A DNA stretch of 64,000 nucleotides, from positions 111,228,001-111,292,000 of the forward strand of contig NC_043000.1 of NCBI RefSeq assembly GCF_006345805.1, written 5' to 3'. The notes below the pieces were generated by a model. The model did not search any database. It saw only the letters and a list, made by a program, of their open reading frames with translations, and had not been told where the DNA came from. Each line of letters starts with the position of its first letter. Within the stretch, counting starts at the first letter, position 1. Of the stretch, positions 27,206 to 39,767 are shown one piece after another. This stretch comes from Octopus sinensis. Taxonomy: Eukaryota. Position numbers and translations under genes: made by a program.

Positions 27206-30200
27206 TGAGATAGGGGTTGTAAATGCAACCCTCCATGGGATAACATACATCCAATATACTGCTAGTGAAGTACCCAACAAAGTTAATACATAAATGTTAA
27301 TGATTGCGATGCAATCAATTCATTTACTGTATTATATGGGCAAAGGTAAAATGATTTACCACAAATTACTAATACAAGATAAGAAAATGGAGAAATACAT
27401 CTAAATCAAATATCAGTTACCAGATAATACTCAATCACATACTTTATTAAACCACCACATATGAGACTGTAGGGTTAAATATAAAAAGCAGAACAAATCA
27501 GTGTACATAAAGGAATGTACATAAAAAAGTGTACATAAAAGAGTAATGTTGTATAATAAGTAGAATATATATAAAAAAGAGAATATAAATATAAGTAAAT
27601 ATAAATATAAGCATAGATTACATCTTACAGCTGTTTCGGCCATGTAGATAAGTATGTCTCATTTTACCAATATTAGCCTTTTATGGTAGGTCAATATATA
27701 GATATAAATGAGTCATTTACAAAAATATCATAAGGCCGCTTCAGAGATTATGTAATATAAATCAGTCTACATATATACCCACATGGGTGTGGGTACATAC
27801 CCATAATACAACATATACATATACATATGAGTGCATATACTCACACTCTTATACATATAAAAATATACATATACATAATGATATAAATAAATAATATAAA
27901 TTAGTAAACATATATGTGTTCCACACTCAATGTCTCAATTTTTCGACTTAATATTGTGATAATAAACATACACAAATTAGTACCTAGATGCAAATATACA
28001 TAGTCAATAGTACATTATATTACTTCATACTAATTTCTAAAGTGTCATTAAAGTTAGCATCATTATCGTTGTCAATACCATTAATGTTACCATTATTATC
28101 ATTCATAATATTATTAATAACGCTTACATTAGGATCCAGAGTGGTATATATGTATGTCCGGGTTCCAGTTAGTAATTTTCCTTATGACATAAATACACTA
28201 TTGGATTTGAATTTAAAATTATCATTATCTTCCTCACGGTTGGTCAATTGAGAGCCTTTCAACCTCCACCACACCGCACAAGCAAAACATACACATCCAC
28301 ATCTAACCCTAAACCCACACATCCACACAGAAACTCACACACACATGAATACACCCAGACACATCTCTACACATATACATATATATATAAATACATATAC
28401 ATATAAATACATATATAGATACATATACATATAAATACACATACATATATATATATATATATATAGATACATATACATATATATATATATATATAGATAC
28501 ATATACATATAAATATAAATACATATACATATATATATATATAGATACATATACATATAAATACACATACATATATATATATATAGATACATATACATAT
28601 AAATACATATACATATATATGTATTTGAAAGAGTGTTAAGATCAAGGATAGCTGGCTTCCTGGAGATCCACAAACTCCTAAATGCAAATCAACATGGCTT
28701 TCACTGTGGCAGAGACTGTCTAACACAGCTCATACACTACATTGAGGATATACATAAAGCCCTGGGAACAGGTTCTAACTCTGATGTCATATATCTTGAC
28801 TTCAGTAAAGTGTTCTACAATAAAGTGTTCTTACTCTCAAAACTGGCAAATGTTAGAATCTACGGAAAATTTCTACACTGGATTGAGTATTTCCTGGAGG
28901 ATAGAACACAACATGTTGTGGTCGATGGAGTCCTCTGAAGCCCAGCAAAAGTCACCAGTGGGCCCGCTGCTCTTTACAATCTACATAAACGACCTTTCCA
29001 GCATCATAAAACACTGGCTAGAGAAAGTTTAGAGAGCTTTTACTTTAGTTGGTAACAAAGGGTCTCTCCACCAGAATGAAAGGCAGATTATATGATGTTT
29101 CTGTGTATGGATGAGGACAGCTGCATAAAGAAATTTAATTCTTTATTGCCCACAAGGGGCTAAACATAGAGGGGGCAAACAATAACAGACAAACGGATTA
29201 AGTTGATTACATCAACCCCAATGCGTAACTGGTGCTTATTTAATCAACTCCGAAAGGATGAACGGCAAAGTTGACCTCGGCGGAATTTGAACTCAGAACA
29301 TAGCAGCAGACGAAATACCACTCAGCATGCTAACCATTCTACCAGCTTGCTGCCTTAAAGAAATGTCAGTCACTAAGTATGGAATGGAACCTGTGGAGGG
29401 AAGAAACTCAGGAAGATATAGAATGAAGTATTGAAGAATGACCTCCACATGTTGAGTCTCATAAAGATAAAGGACTGAGATGGTTTTCTTTTGATATGAC
29501 TCGACAAAGTCAAAACACTTCAATTTGGCTGTTTCCGCAAAAGCATGTGTCTGTATCTGGTCAACTGTTGACAAAATTGGAGAAGAAAGCTAATGGGTTG
29601 TATGTGTGTGTGTGCATGCTTGTTCACTTGTTCTTGTCTGTGTGTGTGCCTGTTCTGTGTTTATGTATTTATGTAAAAAGCACCATCCAAATGTGGCTGA
29701 TGCCAGCGCCGCCTGACTGGCGTCTGTGTTGGTGACACATAAAAAGCACCAACTGATTGTGGCCACTTGCCAGCCTCCTCTGGCCCCTGTGCCGGTAGCA
29801 CGTAAAAAGCACCCACTACACTCACGTAGTGGTTGGCGTTAGGAAGGGCATCCAGCTGTAGAAAGACTGCCAGATCAGACAGGAGCCTGGTGCAGCCTCC
29901 TCGTTTCTCAGACCCTGGCTGAACCGTCCAACCCATGCTAGCATGGAAAACGGAAGTTAAACGATGATGATGATGATGATGTGTTGTGGAATATAGATAT
30001 AGCCAGAAATGTCACATTTTAAACTTGAAGGAAAAAAGCCTTGCATATTTGTTCTTACCTGCTTCATGTGTGTATGTAAAATCCGTAAAATTCATTGTAT
30101 GGTCCCTCCTTTTCTCCATGCATGTTGTAATATTTCTGTGCTTTAGTGATTAAAAAAAAACATGGACTATTGTTTCCTGCTTGGAAATTTACGGATTTTA

Positions 30201-33200
30201 CATACGCACATGAAGCAGGTAAGAACAAATATGCAAGGCATTTTTTCTTCAAGTTTAAAATGTGGCATTGCTGGCATAATTTCGTTATATCTATATTCCA
30301 CTCTCGGAGTGGTTGGCGTTAGGAAGGGCATCCAGCTGTAGAAACTCTGCCAGATCAAGATTGAAGCCTGGTGCAGCCATCTTGTTCACCAGACCTCAGT
30401 CAAATCATCCAACTCATGCTAGCATGGAAAGCGGACGTTAAACAATGATGATGATGATGATGACATAAATGACACACACACACACACACACACACAAACA
30501 AGAACAAGTGAACAAGCATGCACGCACACACGTAAAACACATTAGCTTTCTTCTTCTCCCATTTCGTCAACAGTTGACAAGATACAGACATGTACTTTCA
30601 CAGAAACAGCTGAATTGAAGTGTTTTGATGTTGTCGAGTCATATCGAAAGAATACCAAATTATGATAGCAAATTTGCTGGGCTTATGAAGAATTGTCCAT
30701 CTCAGCAAAACTGAAGATCTGAAAGCTACACCTACGCTTCTGTACCCAATCTGTCCCAGACAAATCCACCCCACCACACACAACTCATCTTCCTAGCACC
30801 CACCCCACCATCACTCTTCTGAATATCGCTCTATTCACTCAGTTGCTGCAATTATATAACGGTGGAACTACCCATATTTCAACCCCGGCCATGTTACACC
30901 CCCACCCGCCCCCATCCTGGAACCATTTTGTCTCATTCTCAATATTGAGAAATTGCTGCCTTATTTTCCACTGAACACTGCTTTCATCTCCACTTTTCCT
31001 CTTTACACCCTTCCATCCTGCTAACTACTTATGTTCATCTTTATTTCCACACCTTTATACCTCTGATCTCATCCCTGGCACTGTACGTCCCTCACACACT
31101 GCTCACCTCTCACATTGCCTGTGCTGTCCCCTATTGCATCCAACTTCTCTCTAGTTGGAGTAGAAATTCTTCCAGTCAGCTGCCAGGAACAACAGACCTT
31201 CTCAGTGGCTGTCAGTGCAACATATAATTTTCCAGATAATTCTCCCTACCAGTTGCAAGTAACTGCAGAAAATCTCCCCCCTGGCTGCTGGCAGCAGTAG
31301 AATTTCTCCCAGTCAGCTACCAGCAGTAAAAGAAATTTTCCCAGCCAGTATCAGCTGCAGTAGAAATTCTCCCAGCTGATTGCCAGTAGCAACAGAATTC
31401 CTCGTAATTGGTTGCTAGTAATAACAAAAATTCTTCCGACTGGGTGCCAGTAACAGTAGATATTCTCCCAGTTAGCTGCTACAGAAATTTTCCCAGAGTC
31501 AGAAGTCAGTAGCAATTAAAATTCTGCCCAACACATCTCTGTATAATCAGAAATTCTTCAAGGCAATGGCCAGTAACAATAGAAATTCTTTCAGTTGGCT
31601 GCTAGTAGCAATGGAAATTCTTCCAGCAGGATGTCAGTAGCAGAAATTTTCCCAGCTTAATGGCAGGAGTAGCAGAAATTTTCCAAGAAATTCTTCCAAC
31701 CAGCAGCTAGTAAAACTTCTTCCAGCCGACTGCAAATTGCAGCAGAAGCACTCCCAGCTAACTACCAGTTGCCGCTGAAATTTTCTGTCAGCTGTCAGTT
31801 GCAGTAAAAATCCCCCAAACCGACTGACAGTCACTGTTACAATTCTCCTAGCCAGCTGCCAGTAGAATTCTTCCCACTGCTTCTAGTGAACATAGAAATT
31901 CTGCCAACCAGCTGGAAGTAACATTCAAATTTTGCCTCTCAGCTGCCAGCAGTATCAAAAATTCTCCCAGCTGGCTAGGAGTTCCAATAGAAATCCTTAC
32001 CAGCAGCCAGCAGTGGTAGAATTTCTAGCTGGTTGCCAATAGTGGCATTAATTCTCCCAAACCGTCCAACCCATGCCGGCATGGAAAATGGACGTTAAAC
32101 GATGATGATAATGATGAGTTGCTTATAGAAGCAGAAATAATGATAATAATAATAATACCTTGATACAATACTGAGAAGACCCAGCAAATAAAGTGAGTTC
32201 ACAGCTGTAACCTACACCAGTGTCACATAACCAGCCCACTCAGAAGTACCATGGATTGTAGGGTGACATGCTGTGCTTGAGAAGACCTTTTGAGTCAAGT
32301 ACATCAACATCAAAATCAAATCAAATGGAAATTGTAGTTGTGAGCCCCATGCTGGTAACACGTAAAAAGCACCATCCAAATGTGGCCAATGCCAGTGCCA
32401 CTTTGACGGGCTTCTGGAAACATGGGTGTTTCGTTCATCATCCTTAAACAAACCTTATTCAGGGACCACCTTTTGAATGGGATGGGCTACACACCATATC
32501 ACACACATAGTTGTGATGCATGCACCTGGTGTACCCTTATCAGGTGAGTAGTCATGACGGGTATATCAGGCTTCATATATTTGTACCCCAGTGTCATTTT
32601 GATGGCATGCATTGCCCTCCCACTCCATGATAATAATAACTCATCATCATCATATATTTAAGAGATGAGGAATTATTTACATTTGATGGATATTTGTCCT
32701 CAACATGTTTGTTGTTAACACAATGTTTTGGCTGATATACCCTCCAACCTTCATCAGGTGTCTTGGGGAAATTTCAAACTTGGGTTCTCATTCCTAAGGT
32801 ATTTTTCAATGTTATTATTATTATTATTATTCAGGTCACTGCCTGGAGTCGAACTCGGAATCTTGGGGTCAGCAACCCACACTCTTAAACTACAATGCCA
32901 TATGCCGGGCATATGGTGTAGTGGTTAAGAGTGTGGGCTACTAACCCCAAGATTCCAAGTTCGATTCCAGGCAGTGACAATAATAATAACATGGAAAAAT
33001 ACCTTAGGAATGAGAACCCAGGTTCGAAATTTCCCCAAGACACCTGATGAAGGCTGGAGGGTATATCAGCCGAAACGTTGTGTTAACAATAAACATGATG
33101 AGGACAAATATCTGTCAAATGTAAGTAATCATCATCATTATTTAACGTAAGTTTTCCATGCTGGCATAGGTTTGACGGTTTGACTGAGGACTGGGCAATC

Positions 33201-36200
33201 CAGAAGGCTGCACCAGGCTCCAATCTGATCTGGCAAGGTTTCTACAGCTAGATGCCCTTCCTAACGCCAACCACTCCAAGAGTGTAGTGAACTGATCTGA
33301 GAAATTTTTTGGAGAAATTGGGATTGAAATGAGGGTAGAACATGCTCAGAAAACTGCTTTATTGGGAACAGCGAGGATTTGAGATTGGTACTTGGGTGTT
33401 AAGCATCGTGGAAAGAGACCCTGTGAGACCTTTGAGAAGAGATTGCTGCCTCTTCTTACAGAATTAACCTGAGCATGTGAAATGGAGAAAAATAATAATA
33501 GTTTTTGATTTAGAACACTGGCAACAAGTTTCAAGGGAAAGTGAGTAGTTGATACCTTCAACCCCAATACTTTACTGGTACTTTATCAGTCTCAGAAGAA
33601 TGACAGGCAACGTTACCTTTGCAGGATTTGAACTCACAACATAAAGAGCTGGAAGAAATATTACAAAGTGTTTTGTCTGATACTCAAGTGATTCTACCAA
33701 GCCACTGCCCTTGATGATGATATGATGATGATAATAATGATGGTGATGAGGATGATCATGATGATCATAATGATGATAACAATGACAATGTTGCACTTCA
33801 GGTATTTGGGCAAGTGTCTTCTACTATAGCTTCAGGCCAACCAAAGCCTTGAGAGTGGATTTGGGAGAGGGAAACTGAAAAAAGCCTGTTGTGTGTGTGT
33901 GTCTTTTATTTGTTTCAGTCACTAGACTGCGGCCATACTGGGGCAACCTCACAATACTTAATTTTTTTTAATTCTGGTACTTATTTTATCAGTTCTTTTG
34001 CCAAAGCGCTAAGTTACAAGGACATAAACACACCAACCCTGGTTGCCAAGTGGTGATGGGATACAAACACAGACAGACAGGTACGCACACACATATATAT
34101 TAAATAGGGCAGGCTTCTTCCAGTTTCCATCTACTAAATCCACTCACAAGGCTTTGGTTGGCCTGAGGCTATAGTGGAAGACCAGGTGTCTTCTACCTGT
34201 GCAAGGTGTTGTGTCTTTACTGTGACATTATGTGATTGCTATGATGTGAATGACATCAACGTACAAGTCATTTCCTTTGTTTCAAATCTTCCATGGTAAA
34301 CATGTCCAGCGATGGGGAGAGAACAGCTTAATTGTAAAGAGGTGAGGGTGGGCAACAGGAAGGCCATCTGGCGGTAGAATGAATTTTGTCCAGACCATGC
34401 AAACATGGAAAAGTAGATGTTATGATGATGATGATGATGATATAGATTATAGTCACAGGCTTGGCTGGGTGGTTATTGTAATTTTAAATCGCAATGTCAT
34501 GGGTTCAATCTCACTGTGTGGCATATTGGTCTTTTATCACAGGCTGGGTTTGTCCGAATTCTTATGAGTGAAACTGGATAGAGAAAATCTGTGATGGAGC
34601 CCACTTCATCACATTGAAATTAATGTCAGTTTCTGGGGATGAAATCTTTATTGAACTTACACCCCTTAAAATACTTACAGGTCAAACCAGATATGGGGGC
34701 ATGTGATAATACAATCGTCACTGCATCCACCACTTGTCAGTATCTGCTCAGATCATCCGGGGCAACCTTCCAAACTGTGCCCCTGTCAGTCCCTGTGTCC
34801 ATGAAATACTTCTTCCCCAACGATGACCATGTAACATGTGACTGACCAATACAAGCCGTCACCTCATGCGGATCCTCAGAGAAGAGAATGTGATATACAG
34901 GATCCAACTCAGGAAAATCAAGAAAATTACCAGTCTAAGCTGACATTTACGAATCATACACATAACTAATAACCCTGTGAAGGGTCCTGGTACCAGAGTT
35001 CAGGCAGCCCCTAAGGGCTCCGGACACAGAGTATTCATGACTGCAGAGCAATCATTATCATCATTGTTCGACCATGGTCAAGACAATGGAATTTACTATG
35101 TTACGCCAGACTTCACGGTCCATCATAGCATTATGGAGGTCCTGTTGCTGGATGCCTGTATCCCTGGAGATTACATCAGGGTAGGAGACTATGTGCTACA
35201 TATGTCAGTTGATACCATTTCTAGCAAGGGTTTTGAAATAAAACCTAGAAGTTCCAGACACCCAACAGACACTGACTTTGCTGACGACATCGCTCTTATC
35301 AGTGAGTCTCTCTCCAATGCCCAGTCTCTTTTACAATCTCTTGAACAAGCAGAGCAATACAGAGAGGACCAGAGACCTGAAGATCCAACTTTTTGTCATC
35401 TTGCTCAGATATCAACAGCATAAACTTAATGGACAAGGAGTGGGTCCCACATTGCAATATTAAATGTACTTTCTCTTACAGTAAATTGTTTTACAAGATT
35501 TGGTGGTGGAGAACGATATACCATCATCATCAACACTATACTTCATGTAATAACATTGGTTACCAATTCTTTCTCCACCATCACTTCTTTCAAACTTTGT
35601 TTACAAGTATATCACAAGAAAAGGGGAAGTACATTTAAAATTCATCTGTGTGGCCCAATGTTTTAAGGGTTTTGAGTTTTCAAAAAGTTTCATTCATAGA
35701 GACTAACTTTCACTTAAACACCATCTATTTCACTTTCTCTCTCTCTCTCTCTCTCACAGACTGTTTATCTTTCTAATTATCTCTCCTTCCTCTCCTCTCC
35801 TTTCCCACTATGGTAGCCAAGTATCTCCTTTAAAGTAAGCCACCTCTATCTTTCCCTCTCTTATACTCTATCCTCTCACCTGGTACAAGGACACTTCCAC
35901 AGTTCCACTCCCTCTCCCAGCTGAGAGGTCTTCGTTTCACACGTTACTTGGCAACCCTACTGGTGCCAGTGCCACATAAAAAGCTCCCAGTACATTCTGT
36001 GAAGTGGTTGACATTACGAAGAGCATCCATGCCAAAGTGAACAATGGAGCCTGGTTTCAGCTCTCTGGTTCTCCAGCTCCAGTCAAACTGTGATAACCCA
36101 TCCAGTATGGAAGAGAGACATATGATGAAGTGGAAACCACTTGGGCCTGCCTCAAGCAAAGAAATACACAATGCTATGGCACAAGATGTCTTCCTTTTTG

Positions 36201-37701
36201 TTCTCAAGACATCGTGGTGTAGTTTAAGAAAGATTTAGCCACTATTTCTAGTAGGCCAAGAAACCATAAAGGTTTCATGTGTGCTGCTGTTCCCATGGAG
36301 ACAAACAGCCAGGATATCTGGTATATATGGCCACTGAGGCTTAGGTTGGTTAAAAGTACATCATTTTAAATGCTCTTAATTTTTTTATTAATTTGTAGGA
36401 AAATTTCATCAGCATGAAAAACTACATCACAACATTTTTTTACTATAATCTATGGAAACTCTGAAAAGCTTGTGGTTGGAAGAGATTTAACAAGATCCTA
36501 ATGTATTACGTTGCCTTATTCTAGTGTCCACTTTTCCATGTTTACATGGGTTGGACAGAAGTTGTTGAGGCAGATTTGCTGCAGCTGGATGCCCTTTCTG
36601 TTACCAACACTTACCCAGTTCTAAATAAGGTCATTTTAATTTCCCCATGACCAGGCAGGTTTTCATGGAAGATTAGAAATGACGGACACTGCTTGCACAA
36701 CAGTGACACTCGTTTACAACTATCTCTGAAAGTCAAGGCAAGCAGAGACTAACACACAACACATACATCGTCGTTTAACGTCTGCTTTCCATGCTAGCAT
36801 GGGTTGGACAATTTGACTGAGGACTGGCGAACCAGATGGCTGCACCAGGCTCCTATCTTGATCTGGCAGAGTTTCTACAGCTGGATGCCCTTCCTAACAC
36901 CAACCACTCCAAGAGTGTAGTGGGTGCTTTTATATACCTCCAGCACAAGGGCCAGTCAGGAGGTACTGGCAACAGCCATGCTCAAATGGTGTTTTTTATC
37001 TGCCACCTGCACAGGAGCCAGTCCGTGGCACTGGCAACAACCTCGCTCAAATGTTTTTTCACGTGCCACCACCACAAGTGCCAGTAAGGTGACGATCATG
37101 CTCGAATAGTGCTTTTTACATGCCAGTTTGTTGCTTTGGCAACGATCATGCTCAGATGGTGCTCTTAGCGCTCCACTAGCACGGATGCCAGTCATCAAAT
37201 TTGATATATATATAAAAAGACAAGAGGCAGAAACTGGAATTCACAAGACCCTTTATTCAAAACCACTACAATCATTTCGGCTTATTGTGCACCTGTAACT
37301 TACAGGTGAGATGCTGTACAATCAATTGCCGTGCATTACAGGTGCAGATGCATCACCTCAGGTGACTTTTCAAAAATATGCCACATGTTTTTCATTTGCT
37401 GTATTACTTATTTCTATAACAGCACAATTCTAGCCATTGTAGCAAGTCAAAACAGCAGGTCAAAAACAAGGTACTTCTTTGAAGGTCCAGGTACATGATG
37501 AGTCAAAACAATTGTAAATGGTTCTGAATAAAGAGTCAAATTAAATTCCATTCTCTGTCACTTTTTATATAAATTCTAGACACAAAGCAATTCCCAAAGT
37601 AAATTCAGAGACATATATCTCCGTATTGTTGTTGATATCAGGTAGCCAAATACTGAGAACTGGCTTTAAACTGCTACCTGAGTATAAAATTATTCTCTCA
37701 G

Positions 37702-37749
<48 letters not shown>

Positions 37750-39730
37750 TAAATGTGTAATGGTATCTGTCTGTTTGGGGTTACTCTAACTCCTCCCACA
37801 CCATACAACTGATTTTAATGATTTTTGGCACATAGGTAGAGCATATGCCCTGAAATTCAAATAAGGCCGAAATTTTTTTGGAAACTCAATAATGCTCAGT
37901 TGGCATCGATTTTTGTGAGCTCAATTGGGCGTTTCAATGGAAATTTCCAAACTGATGTTATATTTCCTGCAGCTTTTGCATTTTTTCGGGTGTAAAATTT
38001 CAACAAAATCGATAGAATAGTCTCTAAGGAAATGCTTATTCAATACAAGGTCAGAGGTGAGCTTAACTTCAACACGGAAAACAGGAGCAACGCCGGGTCC
38101 AACTGCTAACACACACAGGATTCTTTCAGTTTCCATCGACCAAATCCACTCACAAGGTTTTGGTCGGCTCAGGGCTGCAGCAGAAGACGCTTGCCTAAAG
38201 TATCACGAACGGGACTGAACAAGAAACCGCGTGGCTAGGAAGCAAACTTCTTCCACATAATCACGCCTGAACCGATATATATAAAACAGATGGAATGGTC
38301 ACGTCTGAGATGCATTTGGTCATAGGTGTGCTCAGGCAGAGCTGAAATGATGCTAAACAACAAGAGGTAGCTGCTAACTTTATAACGAAATCAATATCTC
38401 ATACACAGGCTTTATTTGATTATCGAAGCGAATCTCTCTCGAAATAGCGGTGAACTTTTTGTTTGACAGTGTTCCAGCAGATATTTTATGCGAAGAGTAG
38501 AGGAAACCTCTTCAACTCGTTATATTTTATGCCAACAGCAGCAAAAACAAGCAACAACACCATAAACACACTCAGCTATCAGATTCCTACTGCTGTTGTA
38601 TTATCATGTCAATCGTCTTTTATTAAATTAACGATCTCTCTCGTCAGCTGACTCACAGATGGAGAAAAACTACAAAAATCTACCAATGTATCAACAGTCG
38701 TTCCTGGATTAATTGAATAAATAAATCACAGATTAAAAAAAAAAAGCAATTAATCCTATTATAAATGGCTATAAATAGAACACTGTGACTAGTAATGAAT
38801 TAATAAATACAGTAAACTATATTATTTTAATTACAGTGTAATTTTAATAAAGACAAATAGAAATCTTTTAAAACAATTTTTTTTTAGTCATTTAGTACTT
38901 TCAAGTGGTGGTTGCGGTGGTGGAGATAATTAGTGACTTTGCTTATTAAGAAACTATATTTAAGATAAGACGAGTCTTTTACAATGATTATTATGTATGA
39001 TGAATGTAAGAAAAAATAAAATAAAGGTAAAAAGATATTTAGAAATAGTAGAGACTTAATAGCTGCCATCCAATCGCACCGCAAGGTGAGGAATTGATTC
39101 CAAGTGGATTTGTTTTCTTCTACAAGAAAACGAAATCAATAACGAACTCAATGCCAGTTGAAACAGGTTCGTGACAGATCGAGTTGTTGTTGCCCTCCGC
39201 TCCAACTAAACTTCCTCTTTGATTCTTTATATCAAGTGCGCCAATTGCACACAAGTGCTCAAGTGCTATTTAAAGAACGGTTCCAGTCGTGGATATGATA
39301 ACCGTTCTTCGTAATAAACAGGTTGTCGCAGAAATCTGAATTAATACAATGAATGCGGAGGCGTGAAGAATGGTGTTACAGAAGAAATACTAAACCATTT
39401 AGACGGCAAAGTAAAATATAAAAGCGTAAAGAATTATTCAATAAAATATGAATTCAATCTAACAACAATTATGGGTTTTTAATAATAGATGCTGTGTCAA
39501 ATAATTTAATTAAACTTGGATAATAGTAAAATTTAGCAATTATATCTAGGAGGCTGCTTGTGTATTTTAAACTGAGGTAATTATTATTTTAAAGATAGTT
39601 CAAGAATAACTGTGGAACATTGTGTGATAGGTAGACTCAATATTGAAAGTAGAGTAAAAAATATTGTAAGATACACGTTGACTGGGACTCCTAGTTTCGC
39701 CTAAGGTTTTATTCAAAGAGTTCAAAAATG

Positions 39731-39767
<37 letters not shown>

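Noticed and set aside
26515-28726. Numerous YI/IY/CV-rich ORFs (also at 49-51 kb and 54-58 kb)
   Set aside because: They are translations of (TA)n, (CA)n and (ATGT)n microsatellites.
31155-32060. CRISPR-like periodicity
   Set aside because: The units are degenerate and contiguous with no unique spacers or cas genes, in a eukaryotic intron.
32907-32978. Possible tRNA gene
   Set aside because: It has A and B boxes but no proper acceptor stem or terminator, so it is a SINE-type head.
38657-38703. Possible extra coding exon in intron 1
   Set aside because: It is 47 nt long, contains an in-frame TAG, and would break the phase between exons 1 and 2.
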